This document shows positions 50,637-63,925 of a stretch of 64,000 nt of DNA, piece by piece. Source of the stretch: Octopus sinensis. Lineage: Eukaryota. Position 1 is the first letter of the stretch; each line of letters begins with the position of its first letter. Location: contig NC_042999.1 in the NCBI RefSeq assembly GCF_006345805.1, positions 67,332,001 to 67,396,000 on the forward strand, in the 5' to 3' direction. A program made the position numbers and the translations under genes. A model generated the notes under the pieces. That model was not told the DNA's origin. It did no database searches and saw nothing but the letters and a program-made list of their open reading frames with translations.

Positions 50637-51370
50637 GCCACACTGGATAGAGAAGCAAGTAATTAAAACACTTTAATCTCGAAACGAGTCTGTGGCTAAT
50701 TGGAGTCGTGTTGATGCATTGTTTTTCTCTTTGCCTGCGTAAAAAAGTGTGTTACTCTCTGGGAGATACTTATTGTAGTAGAAAAGGAATTTTTAACTCT
50801 TATTTCCAAATTTGGTATGTGGTGAAGCAATTAGCTGACCCCTAATTATAATTATGTTTATAGAATATTTATATAATTTTACCTATAAAGGTTATTTTAA
50901 CGTACCGATCTACTTAGTAAAATAATTAATTAATTGATTGATTAATTAATTTAATTAATCAATTTTACCCTTTTATTATTGATTTGAAATTATGATTTAC
51001 TCCATGAAAGAATGCAGCAGTTTTATGCGGTACTGCTCGTAGCATACGCGTGGGTACAAGGGATAAATAGTGTATTCACATTCAGCAGTGCATATTTAAC
51101 CCTAGGCACTTTCAAATTTTATAATTGGAAATGCTACACTGAAGTGAGAAGTAAGTAATTAAAACACTTTAATCTCAAAGCGCGTCTGTGGCTAATCAGA
51201 GTTGTTGATTAATTGTTTTTCTCTTTGCCTACGTAAAAAATGTTTATTACTGTCGTGGAGATTCTTACAGTAGTAGAAAAGGAATTTTTAACTCCTATTT
51301 CTAAATTCGATATGTGGTGAAGCAATTAGCTGACCCCTAATTATAATTACGTTTATAATTATAGAATATT
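50637..51370 (+). mobile_element. Penelope-like partial tandem (pseudo-LTR-like) repeat, each unit starting with a degenerate hammerhead (family H3)
   Basis: ~235-bp direct repeats 50637-50870 and 51133-51370, 496 bp apart. GCCACA/TGTGGC stem I. Confidence 0.7.
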
Positions 51371-52075
51371 TGTGTATGTATATATATACTATCAATGCAT
51401 AAGTATATGCTTGCTAGTGAGAGGTAGAGGATTGTGTGTGTGTATATTTATATATATATATATACATGCATATATGGGTACAGGGCATCACCAACGATGC
51501 AAATAACATGGAATACGTAAACAACGAGAAAAAATGGAACATAGGACAAGTAAGCACAGAGAAAGGACCCTTCATCTGTTGTCGGCTGTCTATCTGCTCC
51601 CCATTTCGAGCATTCAACGACACTATAAGTCTTCAAAGACGGTTGCTCCCATAAATTCTAAAATAAAATTTAGGATTTCGGGAGGGTCAAAGTTGGGAAC
51701 AAAAACATGACAGTGGAGACATTCAAGGAAGCCGAATGAAAACAAGCATGGAGTGTCGTTAGACCAGAACGAGAAGAAAATAGTGAACGCTGGGAGAAAC
51801 ATTTTTTGAGAAGAGAAAAAATAGAAGAGAAAGTGAAAGAAACACGAACACTCTTTTGAACGTCCATGCAGGAAAAGAAAGATGGTCAGGTGAGGAAAAG
51901 AAAGATGCACGATGGTCACGTGCGAACAACGAGAGAGAAAGAGAAAGTGGGAGAGACAGACAGACAGATAGAAAACGGTGAAAACGGTGAAGGTGGAGAA
52001 AAAGGGAATTAGAGAAGGAATGAGGATGAATACAGTATAGAGAGTCGCAGCAAAATAGTGAAGATAAACTTACTT

Positions 52076-52141
<66 letters not shown>

Positions 52142-52700
52142 TCCCCCTCAAAAAACAAATACGAAGGAAAAACACAAGAAAAAAACAACAGCGTGAGTAC
52201 GTGGTACATGCAAGTATTAGCAGACGCTCCAGGAAGAAAAGAAAGCTCTTCTTCAGAAACAGGAAACAGAGGAAAGACAAAGAAAAAGGATGACGGAGTA
52301 AAAAAACCGCCAAGGATAGTCGGTTAGGGACCACCGCTACAGAAGCTTAGCGTCAGATAATTGTTGCAGTTATAATAATCCTTTCTACAATAGACACAAG
52401 ACCTGAAAACTGAGGGGAGGGGATAGTCGATTACGCCGACCCCGGACCGGGCTGTGTGTTGTGTTTTTGGGCAACACACTTTATTTCCCGTTGCTCCAAT
52501 TCACTCAGCTGTAGAAATGAGTTGTGACCGTACTGGTCGTCCTTTGCCTTTGGTGGCGCGGAGAGAGGAGGCTGGTATGCACGGGCGACTGCTGGTCTTT
52601 CATAAACAACCCTGCCTGGACTTGTGCCTCGGGGAAACTTTCAAGGTGCAATCCCACGGTCAATCATGACCTAAGAGGGGTCTTTACTCTTTACGTTCTG

Positions 52701-52761
<61 letters not shown>

Positions 52762-53317
52762 GTTTTCAATTACACGGAAGAAAATAATTACTGTCTAATC
52801 AATATATTTAACTAACTTACTCCAACACTAATCTGTTAAATGTCCGCACTTTGTTAACAAAATAACCTTGAACAACAGTTCAGCTTTCTTCTTGATTTTT
52901 ATATTTGTTTTCATACGATTGCTTTATTAGTTTTCTTTTTAAAATACATATATTTTTTACATTTTAACTTTTGTTTCTCGACAAACTTTCTCTTGTCCTA
53001 ACGTGTATGTACAACAGCTGTCCAACATAACACTTACATACAGTAAGAGAAAAAAAATATGAGAAGAAAGGTGTAGTTGGGTTAGTTGCAAGGGAGGCGG
53101 GGGAGGTGTGACTTGAGATGAACTGGGGGGTGAGATGGGTGTCTCTTTGCAGGGGTGGAGCGTTTTGTGGTCGGTGAGATAGATGGGTGATGACGAGAGG
53201 AGCAGGAGGAGAAAGGGTTTCGAGAGAAACGAACAATTAAATGAAAAAATTTTAGAGCTTAAGCGAATAGAATAGCCAATACGAAGTCTCCTGAAATTAT
53301 ATAGCAAAATAGTCACA

Positions 53318-53625
<308 letters not shown>

Positions 53626-53629
53626 TACA

Positions 53630-53676
<47 letters not shown>

Positions 53677-53719
53677 CAATAATAATAATAATAATAATAA
53701 TGATGATGATAATAATAAC

Positions 53720-54415
53720 GGGGAAGATGAGTATGAAAAAATGTAGAGTCAGTAGAACTTGGAACGAGACAGTGGTACATACTGTTGCAGAATGTCCCAA
53801 GCTGGCACAGGAAGAATATAAGGAATGGAGGTATGACCAAGTTGTAAAAGTTTTACACGGGAAGCTTTGCCAGAAATGAGGATTTGAAGCTGGAGATATA
53901 TTGTAAGAACATCGGGTCGAAAGTGTGATGGAGTCGGAGAATTCTAAGATATTGTGAGACTTTCCTATTCAAACGGACAAGAAGCTAGAAAATAATATGG
54001 CAGACACAACACTGATAGACACAGGAAAGTGAAGTTGCTTATTAATCGATCCATCATGTCCGTTTTATTCCAGGGCCGTAAAGAAAGAAGACGAAAAATA
54101 AAAGAAATAAACCCCTAAAATTTGAAATTGCAAGAATTTGGGATAGGAAAAGTGTAAAGGCTGTGCCTATAATAATTGGTACATTGAGAACTGTAAGCAA
54201 AGATGTAGACAAATGGTTGAAGGAAATTGGAATAGAATGTCCTATAGAGCTTCTACAGAAAATTTACCCTCTTAGGGACAGAAAGGACTTTCAGGAGTGT
54301 TCAAAAGCACTTGAAAGACTATTGCAAGTTAGTGGATACCTAAGGTTACAGGTAGTAACCTGCTACCCACATAAATCCTGCCAGAAATAAGACAGAACCT
54401 AAGTCAAGTAAAGAA
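53720..54415 (+). mobile_element. Old R4/Dong 3' fragment (CCHC + RLE)
   Basis: ETVVH.VAECPKLAQEEYK..R.D.V...LH.KLC, IL*DF.IQTDKKLE, VPIIIGTL..VSK; multiple stops. Confidence 0.85.
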
Positions 54416-54816
54416 TAATAATAACAATCCTTTCTAATATAAGCGCACTGAGATGGGCGACGATTACATCCACATGAGTGCTTAAATGGTCTTTATCTTA
54501 TCGACCCAGATAGGATGAAAGGCAAAGTCAACCTCAGCAGAATTTGAACTCAGAACATACAGCCAGAAATGTTCTTTAGCATTTTGTCCAATGCACTAAC
54601 GATTCTGCCAGTACATAGCCTTAATTAATGAAATGATTTATAAATTGATAATGATCCTTTCTACAATAGTCACAAGGTCTGAAATTTTTATCGCAGAGTT
54701 GGGGTGTTAGCCGATTACATCGACCACAGTGTTCAGTTGGTACTTATTTTATCGATCACAAAAGAATAAAAAGCAAAGTCAGTCTCAGCGGAATTTGAAC
54801 TTAGAACGTAAAGACA

Positions 54817-55768
54817 ATGGGACCTACATACACTGGAAGCTATGCCAACACTATGGAATAACAACAGAAAAAAGATGGTAGAACAGCAACGGACCATGAT
54901 AAAACGATGGCAAGAAAAGCTCCTTCATGGCAAATACTGGACTAAGCTAAATGCAGAAGAAATAGACAAAGAAAAATACCAGCAATTGTTGAGAAGCTCA
55001 GAACTCAAAGCAGAGACGGAGGGATTTTTAATTGCAGCACAAGACCAAAGCCTCCCCACCAGAAATTACCAAAAACATATAATGAAAAGAAACATAACAA
55101 GTAACTGCAGAATATGTGGAGATGGACAAGAAACAATAAATCATATTATCTCTGGCTGCCCAGTCCTGTCTAAGAAGGAATATATTCACAGACACGACAG
55201 AGTTGGGACCTACATACACTGGAAGCTATGCCAACACTATGGAATAACAACAGAAAAAGATGGTATAAGCACACCTCAGAAAAGGTCACAGAAAACGAGA
55301 AAGTAACCATACTCTGGGATATGCCAATACTCACGGATAGAGAAATTAAGGCCAATAGGCCAGATATAGTTGTCAGAGATAATGAAGAAAAAAATGCTTT
55401 CTAATCGATGTATCAATACCAACAGATGACAATGTTTCTATAAAGGAAATAGAGAAACTTTCAAAATACAAAGACTTGGAAGTAAAGGTAACTCGAACGG
55501 GGAGTCTAAACACAGAAACAATTCCTATCATAGTAGGTGCACTAGGTATAATAAAGAAATATTCAGACAAATTCATAACAAAAACACCAGGACTTACAAA
55601 CACATATAACATACAGAAAATTGCACTACTGGGCACTGTACACATCCTACACAAAATATTTTCAATACAGTAACCATAAGAGCATCACAGCAAACCACAG
55701 CACATATCCAAGGCACACAGGGCTGCGCTCGGTAGTGAAGTGAAAGCACGCTATAAAAATAAAACTAC
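54817..55768 (+). mobile_element. R4/Dong 3' fragment ending in (TAA)n, with a duplicated internal segment at its 5' junction
   Basis: WQEKLLHGKYW..LRSSELKAETEGFLIAAQDQSL.TRNY..CRICG..ETINHIISGC..HRHD.VG.YIHW..ANRPDIVV..IDVSIP..KYKDL..PIIVGALG..IQKIALLGT. 54817-54880 repeats 55204-55265. Confidence 0.92.
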
Positions 55769-55797
55769 TAAATAATAATAATAATAATAATAATATT

Positions 55798-55852
<55 letters not shown>

Positions 55853-56098
55853 TTTATAATAATAATAATAATATAATAATAATAATAATAATAATAATAT
55901 AATAATAATAATCCTTTCTACAATAAGCACAAGGCCTGAAATTTGGGAGGAGAGGACTAGTCGATTACATCGACCCCAGTGCTTCACTGGTACTTATTTT
56001 ATTGATCCCGAAAGGATGAAAGGCCAAGTCAATTTCAGCAGAATTTGAACTCAAAACGTAAAGACGGACAAAATAACAACAACAACAATAATAATATT

Positions 56099-56830
56099 AA
56101 ACTCTCAGAACAAACTACTCCAAATATCACATTGATAAAAGCGCTGACTCGCCACAGTGTAGGATGTGCCCTGAGAAGGGAGAAAGTATAAGCGATATTG
56201 TTAGTGAGTGATGTAAGCTCGCACAACGCGAATACAAAAGGAGACACGACAATGTGGCCAGATATGCCCACTGGTTGTTGTGCGATAAAGCAAACCTCGT
56301 GAGAGCCGAACAATGGTATGAACACAAGCCAGAGGGAGTAATGGGAAACGAACATTACAAAATACTCTGGGATTTTAACATACAGTGCGACCAAGTCATA
56401 GAGACGGGACGACCAGATATCGTGCTCATCCATAAAGATGAGAGAGAAGTAAAGATAATAGATGTTGCAATACCAGGCGATTCGAAGGTGAAATGTAAGG
56501 AAACAGAAAAGAGTGAGAAATACCAGCCATTGCGGGGCGAGATAGGAAAGTTATGGGGCATGAGGAAAGGAATGGTGATACCGGTGGTAATTGGAGCATT
56601 AGGAACAGTCTCCAAGGGCTTTGAAAAGCATATTAAGAATATTGGAGCTGCTGTCAGGCTCGAGGTGATCTAGAAGACAGCATTGTTGGGTACAGCTCGC
56701 ATTCTAAGGAGAGTATTGTCTCTTTGAGTCACAGGAGAAGGCACTACTTGAAACCTTTGGTGATTTGTTATTGCTTGCTTTCAAGTAAAGAATAAGCGGT
56801 AATTTAGAACTATCCGCGAGTCTTTCAGAA
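56099..56830 (+). mobile_element. R4/Dong 3' fragment of a third subfamily
   Basis: CRMC...ESI..IVSE, RRHDNVARYAHW, KILWDFNIQCD..IE..RPDIVL..IIDVAIPGD...EK.EKYQ.L..PVVIGALG. Confidence 0.9.
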
Positions 56831-56871
56831 TAGCAATAATAATGATGATGATGATGCTGATGATAATAATA

Positions 56872-56922
<51 letters not shown>

Positions 56923-56940
56923 TAATGAGATTCAATAATA

Positions 56941-57100
56941 AGGAGATTCAAATAGAATGCACGGTAGAACTCCTACAGAAAGTTTGTCTCTTAGGGACAG
57001 CAGGGATTATCAGGAGGGTTCTAAGCACTTGAAAGGCTGCTGAAATCTTGTGGATACCTAAGGCTACAGGTAGTAACCCGCTACTCGCATAAGCACAATA
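56941..57100 (+). mobile_element. Short R4/Dong 3' end (same subfamily as 53720-54415) in (AAT)n
   Basis: ATAGAATG..TAGA.CT.CTACAGAAA..CTCTTAGGGACAG..CTAAGG.TACAGGTAGTAACC is shared with 54230-54365. Confidence 0.8.
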
Positions 57101-58099
57101 AAATACGGGAGTGAATTTATTACCGCTATGAAGAAGAATTGTTTCCACGATAACTCTTAAAGTATCCATAAGTAATCCCCACTCATCCATTTTCTGTTCA
57201 TGACCAACCACCACCCCATTACTGAATTAGTGCCATTATAAAGCATAACACTCTCTATCCTTCATCAGAGAGTCGTTCTTTTAATTCATCATGGTGTGAG
57301 AAACAGAAACTTTAGTATCACGTAGCAGTAGATTCCAGTTTATTTTAATATTGAACCTAAGACTTCAGCCTACTTCTATTATAAATTCAAATCAATAACT
57401 AGGTAACTTAACCCTTTTTGCGACAGTTTATATCGGTCATTTATAGAACAGGTAACCTGAAATGTTCAATAAGAAACGTCGTTGTCGTTTCCATTGTGAC
57501 AGTCTCTGGTTTCGTTTGATTCGTCAATTGAAGAAAACTGTTCAGGACGATGAGTTATCGGAAACTGATCAATGTGGAGAAATAGGGCTCTGGTTGGTTG
57601 GATCTGGTTTTTTGTTTGTTTTTTTTTTGTTTGTTTTTTTCTTTTTGTAGACCTCATTTGCTTATGAAATGTCTTGGTACTCTCCAGCGTTGCGGATGGC
57701 TGATTCTCTTAAGACGACGCTTGTTTTCCTGAATTCACGCTCGACTGAATATTTAAAAACATAGCTCTGTTTTACTTTTGGTCCTTGGGCGAAGCCATTT
57801 CGATCAAAATCAAAGTCCAATTGATCAATTCTTGGTTGACGTCAGCAAAAAATGTGGAAAAAGTATAATATATAATTTTACATTGATTTGAAGTTAGGGT
57901 TTCCAATCTCGGAGGAAGCTTGTTGCTTCAACTTTTGAGTTAACTTTTTATCTATCTATTATTTTTGTCTCTATTTGTTTTTAGTTGAATTGAATAGACA
58001 GTTTTCTCATTCTATTGTTTTTCTAGAATATTTATTTGTAGTTTATATTTCTTGATAAACATATCTTCCTTGTTTAATCAGAATTAAAAAAAAGGTAAA

Positions 58100-58715
58100 G
58101 ATAGCTTCTCCAGTCATATCGAATTTCTTGGTTTCATGGCGTATACATTCGTCCTCAGTCACCTGGATTACTGCTTCCAACTATGGCCACTCCACAGTGT
58201 AAAATTAGCAGCAGAACTTGAAGCAATCTAGCGATGCTACACAAACAAGATCGTCTCATTGCAACAGCTCAGCTACTGGGTAAGACTGAAACAGCTAAGA
58301 CTCTACTCTCTGAAGCGAAGATGGGAGAGATATTGCAGTAATATACATCAGGAAGACCCTGGAAGGGATTGTACCAAATTTTGGCATCGAACACTACACA
58401 AATGCCAGAACGGGTCAACACTGCACAGTGCCAAATATCCCAGCAATACCATCGCGCTTCAGGACCAGTTACTGCAACAGCCTAGGTTTCAAGGGCCCAG
58501 AGCCTTTTAATATTCTTCCAAAGTCCCTGAGGGACCTGCACAAACTGGATGTAGATGTTTTCAAAACGAAACTGAATCTCTTGCTGTCGAAAGTCCCAAA
58601 TGAACCTACCTCGTAGCAGGTGTCGCAAAAGAGGGCAGTGGGATTAAACTTCCTTATCCACCAAATGCCACACGTCAGCGGAGGCTCTCAATAATAACAA
58701 TGTAGCAAAACAGCG
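58100..58715 (+). mobile_element. CR1/L2-group LINE 3' fragment
   Basis: VLSHLDYC.QLW.....ELEAI.R..T.KI..LQQLSYW.RLKQL.LYSL.RR.ERY...LFN.LPK.LRDL....FK.KL..LL.KVP.EP. Confidence 0.85.
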
Positions 58716-58767
58716 GTACCCCATCATGGCCGCAGCTTTGCGTTGAACCGATAAAAGAAGAAAAAAG

Positions 58768-58815
<48 letters not shown>

Positions 58816-58818
<3 letters not shown>

Positions 58819-58981
58819 CGTAGGAGTGGATGTGTGGTAAGTAGCTTGCTTACCAACCACATGGTTCCGGGTTCAGTCCCACTGCGTGGCATCTTGGGCA
58901 AGTGTCTTCTACTATAGCCTCGGGCCGATCAAAGCCTTGTGAGTGGATTTGGTAGACGGAAACTGAAAGGAGCCCGTCGTA

Positions 58982-59041
<60 letters not shown>

Positions 59042-59270
59042 ATATATATATATATATGTATCTGTATGTGTATATGTTTGTGTTTGTCCCCCCAACATCG
59101 CTTGACAATCGATGGTGGTGCGTTTACGTCCCCGTAACATAGCGGTTCGGTAAAAGAGACCGATAGAATAAGTACTAGGCTTACAAAGAATAAGTCCTGG
59201 GGTAGATTTGCTCGACTAAAAGGTGGTGCTCCAGCATGGCCACAGTCAAATGACTGAAACAAGTAAAAGA

Positions 59271-59272
<2 letters not shown>
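58816..59272 (+). mobile_element. SINE family A, full copy
   Basis: Both modules plus internal (TA)n. Confidence 0.92.
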
Positions 59273-59305
<33 letters not shown>

Positions 59306-59597
59306 TACATACAGTTATATATATATGTACAGTTGTTTCAATTAATACTCAGTAAATTTTAAATAAATATCAAATTTATATGACCTGAGCATAATATCTT
59401 CAGGAAACCATTCCTTCATGAGGTTAACACAACCTCTAATCGAATTTATATATATAAATATCTATTTTATTGTCATTCTCGTTTAGTGTCTTATTATTTA
59501 ACACGCCCATCGGTCCGATTTCCACTCATTTATTTAGTTATTCATTATTAAATCTTTTATTTATTTTTTCCTATATATATATATGTGTGTGTGTACG

Positions 59598-59632
<35 letters not shown>

Positions 59633-59637
59633 GTATG

Positions 59638-59715
<78 letters not shown>

Positions 59716-59716
<1 letters not shown>

Positions 59717-60550
59717 TAGCAGAATTGCCCGGCGTTGCTCGGGGCTGAATTGCTTGAAAGTACTGTTAATGATTGCACTGAATTATGATGATTATTCAGG
59801 CAAATATTGATATAAGTTTACGGTGGGAGATAAGGACTTAACGATCAAACGTGTGCCATTGCATTGTTTTGGGGGAACTAAATTTCTGATGAGCATTATA
59901 GGGGCACCAACTTTAAGTTTGAGAATGTGTGGTGGTAGTCCGGGGTGCTCAAAGGGATTGAGTACCTCTATTGGATAGTTGATGACGTCCTCTGGGTCAG
60001 GAGTTGTATCGATAGACTGATATACATAGACTTCCCCAGGAATGAGTTTTAGCATTTCATCATTAATATGGTGAACGGTTTTATTCCTCGGGGCCAGTAT
60101 AGCCTTTTTGCTAATCCAATCCATATTCTGATAATTAGCTTGTAGATCTGGTAACACTGCATCTCTGAGATCAGAAGGCGTCTTAACAATGGTACAAATG
60201 GAATCGATGGCAATATTACCATTTTCATCCCCTGGTATTTTGCCTTCGCCAAGTGCAAGGAGGGTGTGAGGAAATGCTGCTGATGGGATATTACGTCGCA
60301 TATGAGCACGCATATTGGTGTGAAGTTTGAGAGTTACTTCCCTTTATTAAAAAAAATATGCATTAAAATGGAAAAAAATTATTTGTAAAATCGTAGACTC
60401 ATCGTAGACGCGCGCTAATACGCAGAAGGGCTCGATATGAATCACGACTATAAGATACCCGGTTTTGGTTAAACTGCATCGCAAAATGTGGGAGTAGTTA
60501 GGAATCTAAATCGGAGTAGACAGACACACAACCTTTCTTTTATATATAAA
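59716..60550 (-). mobile_element. Internally deleted Helitron retaining a Pif1-like helicase fragment
   Basis: ORF 59792-60313: AILAPRN..V..IN, PIEVLN..E.PGLPPH.LKLKVGAPIMLIRNL.P...CNGTRLIV. Minus-strand 3' end has a CCCG..CGGG hairpin then CTAG|T (59716-59743). The 5' end resembles (T)TATATATAAAA..GTGTGTCTGTCT. Confidence 0.9.
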
Positions 60551-60551
60551 T

Positions 60552-61234
60552 ATTTTCGTCCTAAAAAACTTTGTATGGATTGAATGGTTACCTCTATGGA
60601 AATATATACACGCACATTATACATACATGTGTGTATAGATTAATATATAAATACATTTAAATATCTATATACACTTTTGGGCGATCTTTCTGTTTCTTAG
60701 AGCTAACTTTAGATCTTATTTTCGTCCTAAAAAACTTTGTATGGAGTGAATGGTTACCTCTATGGAAATATACACACACACGTTATACATACATGTGTGC
60801 ATAGATGAATATATAAATACATTTATATATCTATATACACTTTTGGGCGATCTTTGTGCTACTTAGAGATAACTTTAGATCTTATTTTCGTCCTAAAAAA
60901 CTTTGTGCAGAGTGAATGGTTACGTCTATGGAAATATATACACACACATTATACATACATCTGTGTATAGATGAATATATAAATACATTTAAATATCTAT
61001 ATACACTTTTGGGCGATCTTTCTGCTACTTGTATATACTTTAGATCTTATATTCGTTCTAAAAAACTTTGTATGGAGTGAAAGGTTACCTCTATGGAAAT
61101 ATATACACACACATTATACATATATCTGTGTATAGATGAATATATAAATACATTTAAATATCTATATACACTTTTGGGCGATCTTTCTGCTACTTGGAAA
61201 TACTTTAGGTCTTATATTCGTCCTAAAAAACTTT
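60552..61234. repeat. Tandem array of four 165-166-bp units plus a partial fifth
   Basis: Unit starts AT(T/A)TTCGTCCTAAAAAACT at 60552, 60718, 60884, 61049 and 61214. Confidence 0.95.
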
Positions 61235-61689
61235 CCTGTCACACACTCACACACACGCACACACACACACACGTTAGCTTACAATTTTATTTATATATTT
61301 GCGTGTCTATGTGTGTAAAGAGGAAGTGGGAATGCAGAGTGAAAGAGTCACTCACTACAAAAAGTGAATTACTTTCACTTAGGAGGAGAAATTAGAGTGA
61401 TAGCGTCAGTGAAACAGTTCGCTACGTTTGTATGTGTGTGCGTGTGTGTGTGCTGTAGCCCTCACTAAGAAAAGCACTTGACATACACACCACAATGTGA
61501 GTTTTCTCTAAATTTTGCTTAATTGGGGTTGAAATTTTAAAAACTGGACCTGGCACGACCCGATGCATTCTACTCTTAAAAATGCTAGGTAAATTGTAAT
61601 TGAAGAAATCCTATATTGTAGATTTTTATAAGAGACAAAGGGAGGCAGATAAAATCTGCCTTTTATAATAAGAGATATATATATATAAC

Positions 61690-61895
61690 GGGAAGCTTTA
61701 TGAAAATAGACAAAAGACGAAGGCAGGTGGAATAAACAAACAAATTGTAATTAGTAATGGGCGCTCAGGAATATAAATAAAACAAGTCTTTAACGTTTCG
61801 AGCCTACGCTCTTCAACAGAAAGATACACAGAGAAGAACCACAGAAAGAAGGAGAGAAAAAAATGCGTGCAGAGGCTAGCGAATCAACATGGCGA
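61690..61895 (-). mobile_element. Family H1 hammerhead-motif element
   Basis: Minus strand TCTTT-CTGTTGA-A-GAGCGTAGGCTC-GAAAC-GTT-AAAGA. Confidence 0.78.
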
Positions 61896-61906
61896 TATAC
61901 ATATAC

Positions 61907-62007
<101 letters not shown>

Positions 62008-62080
62008 AATATTAGGGAATAAATCCAAATTTACAGGGAAAAATCAGATTTAGAATTAAATCCAATTTATAGTAAAATAT

Positions 62081-62419
62081 TTATAATATTAATTCGAGAC
62101 AAAACCACTATTTTGCAAAACAAACGAGGAAAGACTTAATCAATACATAAAAATTTTTAATATAAGAAATAAACCGCCACTACAATCGTTTCATGTCTTC
62201 AATGACATTCGTCAGGTGGATTTTCGATCTCCTAATCTGTTTTAATATTAAAACAAATAAATTAAAACAGATTAGGAGATCGAAAATCCACCTGACGATG
62301 TCATTGAAGACATGAAACGATTGTAGTGGCGGTTTATTTCTTTATATTAAATTTTTTTATGTATGATTAAGTCTTTCCTCGTTTGTTTTGCAAAATAGTG
62401 TGGTTTGTCTCGAATTAAT

Positions 62420-62426
<7 letters not shown>
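62081..62426. ncRNA. 166-bp fold-back duplication carrying a canonical minimal type I hammerhead ribozyme (family H4) in each arm
   Basis: Arms 62081-62246 / 62261-62426. Minus strand 62177-62219: CCAC-CUGACGA-AUGUC-AUUGAA-GACAU-GAAAC-GAUU-GUA-GUGG. The + copy at 62288-62329 lacks one A. Confidence 0.8.
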
Positions 62427-62462
<36 letters not shown>

Positions 62463-62496
62463 TGGAGAAGAGAAATAGAGAAATAACGCGTGCGTT

Positions 62497-62856
62497 CGGT
62501 CATATAGTAATATATAAATAAATATAATATATGCATATATACATACATATATGTACATACTTACATCTACATGTATATATACATGCATACTATATATATA
62601 TATGAGTACAAGACACCACAAATAACGTAGACACAACGAGAGACGAGAGACCAGCTGTCCCTGGTTCGACTCAAAGTGTGTTTCGAAGTACTTTGAGTCG
62701 AACCAGGGACAGCTGATGAAGGGGAATTTCCTTGTATTGTTTGTCCTGTACTGTTTTTTCGTTGCTTAAAAAAAGTCCGTTTCCTTGTTTGATTTTATGT
62801 TCTCGTCTCTCGTGTGTTCTACGTTTATTTGTGGTGTCCTGTACTCATATATATAT

Positions 62857-62890
<34 letters not shown>

Positions 62891-63010
62891 ATATAATATA
62901 TATCATATATATATTATATATATATGCATGTAGATATACATGTAGATGTAAGTATGTACATATATGTAGTATAAATGCATATATTTATATTATTTATTAT
63001 ATTACTATAT
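62497..63010. repeat. Interrupted fold-back duplication of a Penelope-like repeat with a perfect 26-bp central stem
   Basis: 62652-62677 is the exact reverse complement of 62690-62715 (12-nt loop). 62500-62650 matches the reverse complement of ~62800-63010. Confidence 0.8.
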
Positions 63011-63095
63011 ATATATATTATATATATATAATATATATATATAATGCTTTGCATATATATAATATACACTTATACGCTTATACACACACAACACA

Positions 63096-63134
<39 letters not shown>

Positions 63135-63712
63135 TATATTATTATAATATAATATATATATATTCACACACATATACACACGCCTGCACACGTGGGTGAT
63201 AGTAATAACTCAAATGGAATGAATGAAATTAAAAGCATAAACAAACGCATACACGTACATCCATCCATAAATGCATACATGCACACCTACATAATAGATT
63301 TTAAAAAAAGTTTAAAAGGCACAAGCATACAAATCTGAAAATATATAAGAAAAGAAAAAAAGAAAAGAGAAAAGCAATCAGGTTTGTGATGGCTGGATCG
63401 GAATCCCTTCGAGAAAGGAAACAAAAGATTAATTCGCATTTTGTCTTTTTCTTTCTACTCTCCTTCCCCCTTTCTGTTGTTGTTGTTGCACGACGTGTGT
63501 GTGTTTGCCGCCATTTTTAAGTTGAAATGCAACTCTGCTTTCGCTTCAGTCATCTCGAGCGACAGGTGGCACAAACAAAGGCCTGTAGGTGGAGTGGACA
63601 TTTATTCTTTTCTTTCATTTATTTCTCAATCGGTTTCTTATTCTCTTTTACTATTTTGCTATCTCTTCTCATCTTGCTTATTCTCCTCTTCCCCTTGTGT
63701 CCCTTTGCCTTT

Positions 63713-63772
<60 letters not shown>

Positions 63773-63877
63773 TATGCATGTATGTATGATGTTCGTATGA
63801 CTATATGTGTGTGTATGTATATATATATATATATGCATGTGTGTATGATGTTCGTATGACTGTATATGTGTGTGTTT

Positions 63878-63925
<48 letters not shown>

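Noticed and set aside
57650-57842. Minus-strand ~59-codon frame RQPRIDQLDFDFDRNGFAQGPKVKQSYVFKYSVEREFRKTSVVLRESAIRNAGEYQDIS*
   Set aside because: It looks protein-like but has no start codon, only weak splice signals and no recognisable homology.
60552-61234. 165-bp tandem array as a retrozyme multimer
   Set aside because: The unit length fits, but neither strand contains a CUGANGA..GAAA core.
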